DNA of 64,000 nt, taken from NCBI RefSeq assembly GCF_018977255.1, contig NW_024704743.1, forward strand, positions 16,122,001-16,186,000, read 5' to 3'. The DNA is from Callorhinchus milii (Eukaryota). Position 1 is the stretch's first letter. The number at the start of each line of letters is the position of its first letter. This document shows, one piece after another, positions 40,501 to 52,697 of the stretch. The translations under genes and the position numbers were made by a program. Under the pieces are notes generated by a model that saw only the letters and a program-made list of their open reading frames with translations, did no database searches and was not told where the DNA came from.

Positions 40501-41450
40501 TCACCTCCGGAATATCGCCAGACTACGGCACTACCTCACCCCTCACGCTGCTGAAACTCTGGTCCACACCTTTATCACCTCAAGGCTGGACTATGGGAAC
40601 TCTCTCCTCGCCGGCCTTCCCGGCACCTCCCTCCACAAGCTGCAGGTCATTCAGAACTCTGCAGCTCGTGCACTGCCCCGCACCAGGCTCCATCCCCCAG
40701 AGGATCGAATTCAAGATCCTCATCCTCACCTACAAGGCCATTCACAGCCTTGCTCCCTCCTACCTCTCCGACCTACTATCCCCCTACCTACCTGCCCGTA
40801 CCCTCCGTTCCTCTGGCTCCGGTCTGCTCCACATCCCCCGCCCCAACCGCCCTACCATCGGTGGCCGGGCCTTCAGCCTCTCAGCCCCTAGGCTCTGGAA
40901 CTCTATCCCCCAGTGCCTTCGCCGCCTCTTCCCTTTCCTCCATCAAGGCCGGTCTCAAGACCTTTCTCTTTGACCGAGCCTTCGGCTCCCCTCTCGACTC
41001 TCTACCCCCTCCTCGCTCCCTCCCTTCCCTCCCCTCACCCTGACCATTTCCCCCGTGCTCGGGTCCTGACCCAACTGTACAGCGCCTTGGGACGTCCTCC
41101 TAACGTGAAAGGCGCTCTATAAATGGAATCTTGTTGTTGTTGTTGTTGTATCTGTGATCAGGGCTCCCTCTGCCTCCTTGTCCTCCTCGACCTCACTGCC
41201 GCCTTCGACACTGTCGACCACTCCATCCTCATACACCGCCTCTCCGCTTTACTCAATCTTCATGGATCCGCCCTTGCCTGGTTCGATTCCTGTCTCTCTC
41301 ACCGTTTCCGCTTTGTTGCCTTTAGCAGGTTCTCCTCCAGCCCCCGCAACCCCAGCTTAGGTCTGTAATGCTGTTCTCTGTCCAGCACCTTGGGACTTCC
41401 TCCCGACTTGAAAGGCGCTATTCAAATGTAACCTTGTGGTTGTTGTTGTT
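37590..41450 (+). mobile_element. Older L2 fragment split by the young L2 (halves ~37590-37804 and 41150-41450)
   Basis: gtcaaagtcactaatgacatcctgaac | atctgtgatcagggctccc rejoins into the [17 protein letters not shown] segment. Confidence 0.8.
37805..41149 (+). mobile_element. Young L2-clade LINE, near-complete ORF2 (APE endonuclease + RT) with frameshifts
   Basis: ORF 38039-39883 has APE motifs LQNVRSL, LTETWL, GGGV, YRPP, GDFN, LDLVIT and SDH. RT motifs [37 protein letters not shown] and YADDTQLY lie in shifted frames. L2-type C-terminus SRLDYGNSLLAG and a (TTG)n tail. Confidence 0.95.
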
Positions 41451-41888
41451 ACTATCTTTTAACTATGGCCCTAGTCGCTGACTCCCCTACTAGTAGATTA
41501 ACTTTTCTCTATTTAGCCTATTAAAACCCCTCATAATTTTGTACATTTCTATCGAGTCCCTCTCAAGTTTCTCTGCTCCAATGAAAATAGATCCAACTTC
41601 TCCAGTCTCTTCTCATAACTAAAGCCCCTCATCACTGGTATCATTCCTGTAAATCTCCTCTGCACCCTTTCCAAGGCCGTAACATCTTTCCTGAAGTGAG
41701 GTATCCAAAACTGAATGCTGTAATACAGTTGCAGCTCAACAAATGATTTGTATAAACTCAGCTCTGTTGCTTTACTTTTGCACTACGTATAAAACTCAGA
41801 ATGCTATTAGCTGTTTTCATAGCCCTTTTCACTTGTGCTGTCACTTTCAATGACATATGTACCTGCACTCCCAAGTCCATTAGCTCCT

Positions 41889-42523
41889 AAAAATACTAAA
41901 AAAGTGACAAACCTAATGACTGTCCTCCTTGGGGGTAGGTGAATGTGGTCTCCTTGGAGCTGAATTGGCTCCAAGGTGGCATTATCTGGCAACAGAATGT
42001 TGGAATCGAGCCCTCTGTGGCAGCCTTAGTAGTCCGGTTCCTGAGCCAGGCGGGTCTACAGTATTCCAGCACAGCCAAGCTGGCTCATCGGCAGGATCTG
42101 GAAGGGCAGACCAGTCACTGGGGACAGGCCTGATATCATAGCCACTCAGCTCCTGTTAACCCTACAAGCCGAAGCACTATCAGGTAGGATGGTCCTAGCT
42201 GTACAAACAGCGGGAAAGTTTGCCAGACATGATATCGATGGAAACCTATGTGGTTTTAGCTGGTTAAACTCCAGCAGAACCCCAACGCACATTCTGGAGT
42301 CACAAGTCTTGGCTCTTGCCGACCTGTGCCTAATACTTTCCAGAATTAGGTAAGCTGGAAGCGTCCTCCAGAGGGAGAGTGCACATTCCATTCCAACAAT
42401 CTGGGATTTCATGGGATTTCAATGTGTAGATGGGATGCATGGAATTCTCAGTTTGGTTTGGACGCTCTTAAGATGGTAATGGATTTCTGCATGTGTCAGA
42501 CACCGGTTGTCCAAAAACAAATG
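41889..42523 (+). mobile_element. Unclassified A-tailed retroposon, 635 bp, flanked by 8-bp TSD TAGCTCCT
   Basis: TAGCTCCT at 41881-41888 and 42524-42531. Related copies at 13583-13700(-), 30128-30350(-), 31646-31901(+), 61636-61938(+) and 62858-63105(-). Confidence 0.75.
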
Positions 42524-42620
42524 TAGCTCCTCTGCTTTTGTAAGGAACTACCATGTAATATGTATGCCTTCCCTCAATTTTCTGCAAAAATGAATCACCT
42601 TACATTTTGCTTCATTAAAC

Positions 42621-43897
42621 ATCCAGCACAGATTTATTAAACGCAAATCATGTCTAACAAACCTTGTAGAGATTTTTGATGAAGTAACGGAGAGGGTGGA
42701 TGAAGGTAGTGCAGTTGATGCAGTTTATATGGATTTTCAAAAGGCATTTGATAAAGTGCCACATAAGAGATGTAAGCAAAATGGAAGCTCATGGTATTAA
42801 AAGGAGAGTGGCAGCATGGATACAGAACTGGCTGAGAGACAGAAAGCAGAGAGTAATGGTGAATGTTTTTTTTTGACTGGAGGGAAGTGTGCAGTGGTGT
42901 CCCCCAGGGATCAGTATTGGGACCACTGCTGTTTTGATCTATATAAATGACCTGCACTTGGGTATTAGGAAGTACAATTTCCAAGTTTGCAGATGAAACT
43001 AAGCTAGGGAAAATAGTAAACAGTGAGGAAGATAGTAGCAGACTGCAAATGGACATAATGGGCAGACATGTGGCAGATGAAGTTCAATCTGGAGAAATGC
43101 AAAGTTGATGCATTTTGGAAGGAAGAATGAGGAGAGGCAATATAAGCTAGATGTTAAAGGGGGTGAAGGAACAGAGAGACCTGGGGGTTCATATAAGTAA
43201 ATCTTTGAAGGTGGCAGGACAGGTAGATAACACTGTTAAAAAAGCATACAGCATACTGGCTTTATAAATAGGGGCATAGAATACAAAAGTCAGGAAGTTA
43301 TGAAGTTATAATGAACCTTTATAAAACACTGGTTAGGGCTCAGCTTGAGTACTGTGTTCAGTTCTGGATACCACACTTTAGGAAGGATGTCAAGGCATTG
43401 GAAAGGGTGCAAAGGAGATTTACCAGGACGGTACCAGGAATGAGGGTCTTCAGTTATGAGGAGAGACTAGAGAAGCAAGGATTATTCTCCTTGGAGCAGA
43501 GAAGGTTAAGAAAAGACTTAATAGAAGTTTTCAAAATTATGAGGGAATTCGGTAAGGTGAACAAGGAGAAACTATTTCCACTGGTGGGTGGGTTGGTAAC
43601 CCGAGGGCACCAATTTAAAATAGCTGTTAAAAGAAACAGAGGGGAGGTGAGGAGAATTTGTTTTACAAAGCACGTTGTTCAGATCTGGAATGCATTGCCT
43701 GAAAGGGTGGTGGAAGCCGAATCAATAACAGATTTTAAGAGAGAAGTCGATAATTATTTGGGGAGGACAAGTTTGCAGGACTATGGGGAGAGAGCGGAAG
43801 AGTGGGATTGAATTGGACAGCTCTTCTCAAAGAACCAGCACAGACATGATGGGCCAAATGGCCTCCTTCTGTGCTGTATAATTCTATGATTCTATGA
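42621..43897 (+). mobile_element. CR1-clade LINE, 5'-truncated
   Basis: RT remnants ([28 protein letters not shown]). ORF LYKTLVRAQLEYCVQFW...LERVQRRFTR...LFSLEQRRL. (ATTCTATG)n tail and a possible TAAAC target duplication. Confidence 0.93.
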
Positions 43898-44479
43898 TAA
43901 ACTTCATCTGCCACTGATCTGCCCAGTGCGTGAATCTTTGAAGTCCTCCTGTGATCTTTTGCTAACCTCCTCACTGCAACAACTTGTTTTTAGATAGCAC
44001 ACTGCACACAGGGAAATTCTAGGAGTGGTTATTGTGCACTAGTCATTGTATCTCCCAGCTTAGTATCATCTGCAAACTTTGCTAATGTAGATCTAAATCT
44101 AGCTCAGGGTGTTGCAATTGGAGGCCCAGGGGATGATTTCATCCACTCCGTAAACTATGGTCTGTTTGCTGACCCTATCGGAGACCTGTTTGTGACCGCC
44201 TTTGTGACATCTCCTTATGCTTCCGCCCCATCACAGACAGTAGCCGACCCTATTCGGTGACCCATTTGGAAACCCCTTCGTGTACCTTTCTCTGTAGCCC
44301 CAGCTTTAAGATGGTGCTCTGGAATTGGACCACGTGGCACTCTCCACACAGAATGGGAGAATGAGGAACATTCAAAATGGTTCCACAGTAGAGCACATGA
44401 CAGAATAGGGAATGCCCGAGTCACTGCCACTAACAGCCACATGACTCCAAACATCTTGAAGAAAAGTTTCAACCTGGTC

Positions 44480-46700
44480 ATGAGATCCAAATGTTCTTTC
44501 CTGCTCCCATCCCCCACAATCTGCTACTCGCACTCTGTCTTTTTCTCCTACCGCCCTCCTCACCTTCTCTCTCATCTGGATCCCACCACTATCTCCCTCT
44601 CCTCCTGCCTGGGCATCCTCCGCCAGGCCCATCGTGGCTTCCGGCGTTCATTGTCCCAGAGCAGCCAACCCAACTATCCCATTGCTCACTCTCTCCGCAG
44701 CAATCAGCTCTGAAAAGCAAACACCCCTTCCCCCTCTCTCATCCATACTCTCTCCAAGTCTACATGTTCCTCAAACTCCATGGTCACTTCTCCCTCATGA
44801 TGCCAAATGCTCTCTATACCACTCTCCCCATCACCGTCCCCCACCAGTATACCTATCCGCATTTCCCTCCAAAATGTCCGCTCTCTCTCCAACAAAGCCC
44901 TTACTATCCATACCTCATCCTGGATGAGCACATTGATATTCTTGGACTTACAGAAACCTGGCTCTCCCCCAGTGACCCCATCCCCCTCGTTGAAACCTCC
45001 CCTCCTGACCACACTTTTCACCGCAGCCCCTGTCCCAATCAATGGGGTGGAGAGGTGGCCCTCATCGTCCATGCTTCCCTTGGTCTATCCCCTATTCCTC
45101 TGACTCTTTGTCCTCCTTTGAGTACCTCACCCTCTACCATCCCTCCTTTCTCTCCCTCAAAATTCTCCTAGTTTACCACCCCACAAACCTCCTGGCTCCT
45201 TTCTCACCGATACCTCCTCTCTCCTCTCATCCCTCCTCTGTGCCCCTCCTCAAGCCCCCTCTATCCTCCCGTAAAAAGTCAAGTGCAAAGAGGTCCTAGA
45301 CTTCTTTGCCTCAAAAATTTAAAACATCCACTTGGCTGCATCGTCCTTCCCCCCCCATGTCCCCTTCCACCCCTCCCAGACCATCCACACCGCCTTCTCC
45401 CTCCACCATGGCTCCTCCTTACACTCCTTTGAGCCCATTTCTTCTTCCTCCCTCTCAAACACAATCACCCGGATGAAGTTCACCACCTGCTGCCTTGACC
45501 CCCCCCCCCCCCCCCCACCCCTGCCCACAGCACAGAAACAGTGCATGTCAAAGTCACAAAGGACATTCTCTCCATCTGTGACCAGGGCTCCCTCTGCCAC
45601 CTCGTCCTCCTGGATCTCTCTGCTGTGTTCGACCATGTGCCACAGTCGACGATGCCATCCTCCTCCATCGGCTCTCCTCCCTTATCCACCTTAGTGGGAC
45701 CGCACTTCCGTGGTTCGAGTCCTACCTAACCAATCGTTTCCATTTCATCTTAGCAAATGGTTTCTCCTCCCGTTCCCGCCCAGTCACCACCCGGGTACCC
45801 CAGGGCTACATCCTTGACCCTCTTCTTTTCCTCATCTATATGCTCCCTCTACATGTGTCACCTGCAGACATGGGGTAAACTTCCACGTGTATTTGGATGA
45901 CGCACAAATCTACTTTGCCTCCTCCAGTACCAACTCCAGGTCTGCCAATGTCCTATCAGCTTGTCTGGCAGGCATCAAGGCCTGGATGAGTGTAAACATC
46001 CTGCAGCTGAATATGGACAAGATGGAAGCCATACTCCTTGGCTCCTGTCAACGTCTTCATTCTTTTGCATCTAAACTCCTCAACCTCCTTGGGCTCTTCC
46101 TCAGACTCACCAAACCAGTGCGCAACCTAGGCATCCGGTTTGACCTGCAGCTGCCCTTCTTTCCCACATCCTGTCCCTGACCAGGACCACCTTCATCCAC
46201 CTCCGCCACATTGCCCGCCTCCGACCTTACCCCAAATGCAGCCGAAACGCGCACCTCTCTGGTCTCCCCAGCTCCACCATTCATAAGATCCAGCTCATTC
46301 AAAACTCTGCCGCCCGCATACTGACCCGGACCAAACTCCGCTCCCACATCTCACCAGTTCTGGCCAGGCTCCACTGGACACTGAATAGATCGACTTCAAG
46401 ATCCTCACACTCGTGTTCAAATCCATTCACTCCCTGGCACCTCCCTACTTCTCCAACTTCCTCACTCCCCACTCCATCACCTGGTGCCTCTGCTCAACTG
46501 GCACCGGCCTCCTACTCGACCCTCTCAACCTCCGCTCCACGATTGGAAGTTGTGCTTTCATCCACTACTCTCCAAAACTCTGGAACACTCTTCCTCCTCC
46601 CCCCTCCCCCCGGCTCGGAGTCAGGCTCCACCACTGTTAAGCGCTCTGAGACGCTACCCTGCGTGGAGGGCACTATATAAGTGGAAGTTGTTGTTGTTGT
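44480..46700 (+). mobile_element. Old, internally deleted L2 (endonuclease and RT remnants)
   Basis: LQNVRSLSNKAL, ILGLTETWL, LLDLSAVFD, YLDDAQIY and LQLNMDKMEAILLGS, with a (TTG)n tail. Confidence 0.88.
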
Positions 46701-47454
46701 TCTTTCTAACATTAGTAGGAGTATAGGGTCTTCATATCTAGAAATATTAATTGTGGGTTTGGTTGTTCTGGTATTTCGGTGTCAAAACAGACAATGTTGT
46801 TTTATGTTGAAATAGATGAAACAGAGGAGTTGGTCTGGTTTGAAAATTTAGTTCAAAATAACTCTTATAATAGATGTAATGTCCCGTCTGGGGAATGTGA
46901 ACCAGTGTCATATTGCTGTAAATTCTAAGCGCTCTTGAGATCGGTGCTACCTTATCAATTGTAGCCATGGTTATATACTCCATCCCAGAGACCCTCCAAC
47001 TTGCTCCCTCGCTAACCATCTCAAGCTGTATCTCTTTGATGGCACATTTGGTCAGTACTCCCCTCCTTACCCCTTCGACTTCCACACTTAAGCTTGGGTG
47101 CTCAGCCAGCAGTGTTAAGTACTTTGAGACTCCTTCTGACATAAAAGGTGCTACATAAATGTAAAACTGTATGGTATTTCTCCTCCTTGCCTCTCCTTGC
47201 TTACAATCCCTGAGGTAAGTATGGGTAATAGGCAAACTTCTTGGACATATTGTTTGTAAGGTATGCTTAGATATTTATTTTTCCTGATAGCTCTGTTAAT
47301 AATAATGAATAATAACAATCCTTTCATTTGATAAAGTGCTGACAACATCTCAGCACATCTCAGCAAGTGCTTCACATAGTTGCTGTGAAGTGAGGAACTG
47401 TACATTTCTAGGTATATTTTATTTTATAATAAAAATATTAGATTTTACAAATCT

Positions 47455-47716
47455 CAGTAAGTAGGAACCCAGTTGTTAGTCGATTGGCGGATCGCTTTCT
47501 GGGGGGAATAATCCCTTCAAAAATAATAACAATAATAATAATTCGGTCACTCAATCCATGACTGTTCTTGGCACACTGACGTGCGCAATTGGCTGCTGCG
47601 TTTCGCCCACAAAATACACAGTCAATTTACTTTACAATATATTCTGTGAAGGGCTTTGAGACAACTCAATAACGTGATAAGGTGCTGTATCAAATGTAAG
47701 GATTATTATTATTATT
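47455..47716 (+). mobile_element. tRNA-derived SINE, long form, 5'-truncated
   Basis: Central segment through to the (ATT)n tail. Confidence 0.85.
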
Positions 47717-50154
47717 AGATTTGTAGTCTTGTTTATTTCCAATGCTATGTTCTTCAATCCCAAAGTATGTGGAGATTCAGTTCAATGCTCAATTTGTTCA
47801 GACCATACAGAGGAACATAAAGACCCTTCGATTGAGCCACAGAGTCTCTAGTAGCTCTTTATTATTATGACACGTGGGCACTGTTCCCAGATGGCAGGTA
47901 ATGATAACCCAGCAAGACATTTAAATCTAATCGTATTCTATTCCAACTTCTAAAACAAAATGAAAAGTAATACATTTTAGAACAATTTCTCTCATGTTGC
48001 CTGAAGCAAACTTTTAAAACAGAATTATCGTCTGACCAAACCAATGTTCAACATTTTCTCCTACATTCACACCAAGTGCTCCCTAATAAATATTAATAAC
48101 TACACTGGTAAAGTCTTTGGCTAATGGAACTTTACCTAGACAGTGTACATAGCCTTGTGAATTGGTAGTGACACCTGCCCATCTCTTTGTTTCCATCTTT
48201 TCTCTGGGTTAGAAACTTCTGTGTTATCCTGAGGACCCGCAATTCTTTCTGTGACTGATTAAATTGCATTTCTATAAAGCAGTGCTGTAATGTGGTTACA
48301 AATGGATTATATAGACCTCAGATACCCAGTCCATCTGAATCAGATCATATATGGTTCACATTATTACCACTTAAAGCTGAAAGCAATCACTTATAGAAGG
48401 TTTTGCCAATCAACTCTGTCTCTGAAGGTGTAGAAAGGATGCTACATGGTTCAGAGAGAGACAACACAACAGCTTCAAAAAGGTTGACTGAAGGACAATT
48501 GAAGGCTTCAAATTTCTCATGGTTTTAGCCTTCATCTTAAGATTTTTGATTTTCTGATTAAGGTTTATGGAGCATTTTGTAAAATTCCTAAATTTAGTCT
48601 TTATTTTAAGAATGGCCGAAAAGCAGCTTCCAAATTAAGTTGGGACTTGACAATTTTCCATCGCTGATATTGAGATGCCACCCCTGAGAATGGTATTAGG
48701 GTCTGGGACATTCAATGTGACAAATATCAAATCAGAAAAGCTAAAGTAAACTCATTTGTTAACGTTTCCTTTTCTGACCTGGCTCTCCAGTGACCTTTTA
48801 AGCAGTTTCCACTCCTCTGTTGACATTCCTGTCCAGGGCCCCAACCAAAATTCTGGGGAATAATAATATTAATTCTAAGGAGAGCACAGTATTGGTTTTA
48901 ACCCTTGGGGCCCCATAGACAAGTTCAACCTTTGATGTCCCGCTGGATTTCTGGGACTGCTAATGCCATTACTTGTTATATGTTTCTGGTTTAGACCTGA
49001 AAGCTCTGTCAGATATTGACCTGGTTCCATCTACTGGTGGGACCACATCAGTCTTCCATATTTAACTTTGCAAGCCAGGTTTCAGCCGACGAATACAATT
49101 ATTCTCTGAAGAACTTCCTGCCACCTTGCTTGCCAGGTTCCACTCAACGAATGGTTCAGTTTCAAGATCCTCATACTGGGCTTCAAAACTCTTCATGCCC
49201 TAGCACCTCCCTATCTCCCTACCTCTCAACCCAGGGCTTGTTAGTTCAAGCCTCCACATCGGGACTTTGAACTCACAGCCTTCGCTGACGCTCCAAGACA
49301 ATTGTGGGGGGAATTGCTGTTTTGTCGGAAGCTGCCGTCCTTTGGATGAGACATTAACCCAAGAATCCATCTGCCTGTTCAGGTGAAAGTTAAAGATCCC
49401 ATGACACTATACGAAAAGAGAAGGGGGTTTCTCCCCGTCTCTGGGTAAAAATATAAAATTGATCAGTCTCTTCATGGAATATTTTTGTGAGCAAATTGGC
49501 TGCCGCAATATATATATATAAATATAGGGTCACTACAGTTTAAAAATCCTGTGAAACATTTTGAAATGTTTTGATGCCGAGGCATTATATGAAATCCAAG
49601 GAATATTGCTATTATTATTTGTGTCTCCAGGGTAGGGGGACAACTGAATAGCGTCTCCACTCTGCTAGATTGTTATTTAGTGACCATAGTATGTGTGTGG
49701 ACGTCAGAGAGGGACTGATCGGCTTCAGCTGTGACGTACATTAACCCCCCACTACCCCCCCTACACTTTCTGTGATGAAAAACCCTGCAGATTCTGCCTG
49801 TCACATACATGAAGAATGACAATTGGAGCAAAGTGCCAGAGGTCTGCCAGTGCCTGTGGAACAATACTTCAGCATGAGTTAGTGTCTTGAGGTGAGGATA
49901 GTAGAAAGATGAAGAAAAAATTTGTATTATAAGCTATTCCAGTGACTGACGTCTACCAACCAAGGAATGCATTGTGATGCAGGGACAGGTTCAGTTTTGA
50001 TATAGCAGGTTATTACATCTTTGAGATGTCTCAAAGTGCTTCACAGAATATACTGTAAAGTGAATTGACTGTATATTTTGTGGGCGAAACGCGACAGCCA
50101 ATTGCACACAGCAGTGTCCCACAAACCGTCGTGGACTGAGTAACCAAATTATTA

Positions 50155-50193
50155 TCTTTCTTTCTTACTTTCTTTCTTTCTTTCTTTCTTTTT

Positions 50194-50280
<87 letters not shown>

Positions 50281-50298
50281 CCTTCCTTCATTCATTTA

Positions 50299-50341
<43 letters not shown>
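50155..50341. repeat. Compound microsatellite (TTTC)n-(GCTT)n-(ATTT)n-(TA)n
   Basis: Directly visible. Confidence 0.97.
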
Positions 50342-50343
<2 letters not shown>

Positions 50344-50586
50344 AAGGGACAGGTTTAGTTTTTCACAGGAGGGACCCATTCCGCCCATCTTATCTTTGTC
50401 GTGGTACCTGCCTTTCAAAATCGTCCATTTATTTTTACTCATCACATTCTCCAGCTCTTCCTCCTCAAACCGCTTAATGTTTTTGCTGCTCAAGTGCTTA
50501 CCTAGTTCCCTTTTATATGATTCTGCTGATCAAGCCTCAATAATAATAATCATAAAAAGTAATAATATCATAACAATAATAATTAT

Positions 50587-50875
50587 AGAGTCCTATAGCG
50601 TACTGGTTAGAGCACTCGCCTTGCAAGAGGATCTGGGTTCGATCGTGAGCAGGGCGAAACATTAGGCAAGTTTCCTTACTCCAGACGCCTCTGTTTACCT
50701 AGCAGTAAATAGGATGTTACTTGATGGTGGATCGTTTTTCCAGGGGTAATAATTCCTTTGATATAAATCAATAAATACAGTCAATTCACTTTACAGTATA
50801 TTCTGTGAAGCGCTTTGAGACATCTCGAAGATCTGATAAACCGCTATATCAAATGCAAGGATTATTATTATTATT
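50587..50875 (+). mobile_element. tRNA-derived SINE, long form, internally deleted
   Basis: Head, central segment and tail. Confidence 0.85.
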
Positions 50876-52377
50876 AAAATAACCTTTGTATTCGACATAA
50901 CAGTTTATCATATTGTTAAGATGTTTCACAGTGCTTCAGAGGATTTTACTGTAAAATGTATTGGTACGTGAACACAACAGCCAAATTGAACGCAGCAATG
51001 TCCAACAAATAGCCATGAAGAGAATAACCGATTTTATGTGGAGGATTGTTGGCTAGGACATGGGGAGAAACTCTCATCTCTTTTTCGATGGGATCTTTAA
51101 TTTCCAGCTGAACAGGCAGTCAGGACCTCAGTTTAACATCTCATCTGAAGGATCCCACCTGGAACAATACAGTGTTTCCCCAGCAATGTATAGGAGTGAC
51201 AGACTACACACTAAAGTCTCAACAAATATACAGTCAATTCACTTTACAGTGTGTTCTGTGAAGCGCTTTGGGACGTCCTCCTGACGTGAAAAGCGCTATA
51301 TCAAATGCAAGGATTATTATTATTATTAACATGGGGGCTTAAACTCAGAACCATCTGACTCACAGGCAAGAGTGCTACCAACTGAGCCCGGCTGCAGACA
51401 ATAGCCATGATTGCAATGAATTTGAAACAGTAACGACCCTCTGGGTGAAGAAATTCCTTGAAACCTCTCGACTAATTTTTCTGCTAACATTCCTGAGACT
51501 CCATCTTTCCGCCACTATTCCCCAACTGAAGGAAATATTATTTCCCTATCTATCTTGCCATGCTCCTCGTCGGCAGAATGGATTCTGAGTTTCAGTATCA
51601 GTATTTTTTTGTACTAATATTTAAATCGTAATAATGAAAATATTGCATATAAGGTCTGTAATATTATAATAATCCTTGCATTTGATATAGACCCTTATCA
51701 CATCTCAAAGCGCTTGACAGAATATACTGTAAATTGAATTTTGTATATTTTGTTGGTGAAACACGGCAGCCAATATCTTAAAAGATAATTCAGAAACTGC
51801 AGCTCCCAACCACTATTTTGCCACCAGATGCCAGACACTGATTTGCTGTGAAACAGTTTTAGAATTTCTCAACAAATTCTAAAGTCTGTTGACAGAAAAT
51901 CAATGGCTGGCCTTTGCTCTCTGAAGAGAGTAGCAACAGTAAAGGAGTCCCATTGGATGTGGTTTGGTGGAAATAGTTATGACTGCCTTGCTGGAATGTG
52001 CAGTAATCTAATCCAACAATGGTGTGTGGCTTCCGCAAGGAGAATATTTGTGACTATCTGTGAAGAAAAGGGAGTTTTCCCTGGCCTCCTCACCAACAAT
52101 CCTCGAGGTTAATTGTTTATTAACCTCATGGTCTGTGCGCGAAAAGAATGCCTCATTTGCCTGCTTAAGCCACACTTAACTCTAATTACTGTAAAATATT
52201 TTGAATGTGGTAAGAATGAGAAAAATGCATAAAAATGCTATGAAAATGCAAGCCCTCCCTCCTTCTCTTCCTTTCTTTGCCTGCTATATTCTTCTATGGT
52301 TTTATTTATTGTGTGGACTAATTGCTGGCTGGTTCCCTACACATAATCATTTATATTATTTCCAGAAAATCCCTCTT

Positions 52378-52697
52378 AATAATAATAATAATAATCCTTG
52401 CATTTGATATAGCACTTTTCACGTCGGGAGGACGTCCCAAAGCGCTTCACAGAACACACTGTAAAGTGAATTGACTGTATATTTGTGGGCGAACGCGGCA
52501 GCCAATTGCGCACAGCAATGTCCCACAAACAGTCGTAGATTGAAAATGACCAATTTAATTATTGTTTTTGGTTTTTTGGAGGGATTATTATTAGGCGTGT
52601 GGAGTAAGGAAACTTGCCCAAGGTTTCGCCCTGCTGGAATTGAACTCAGGTCTCTCACTTGCAAAGCGAGTGCTCTAACCACTGAGCTACAGGACTC
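52378..52697 (-). mobile_element. tRNA-derived SINE, young subfamily
   Basis: A/B boxes and a tail matching the young L2 3' end. A 5'-truncated copy follows at 52859-53118. Confidence 0.92.

Larger units (their letters stand above)
41455..44090 (-). mobile_element. Older CR1 fragment hosting two nested insertions
   Basis: Minus-strand CR1 RT remnants at 41455-41888, 42524-42620 and 43898-44090 are colinear once the inserts are removed. Confidence 0.72.

Noticed and set aside
50031..50493. KQAS/LACL-repeat ORFs
   Set aside because: Translations of the (GCTT)n and (TA)n microsatellites.
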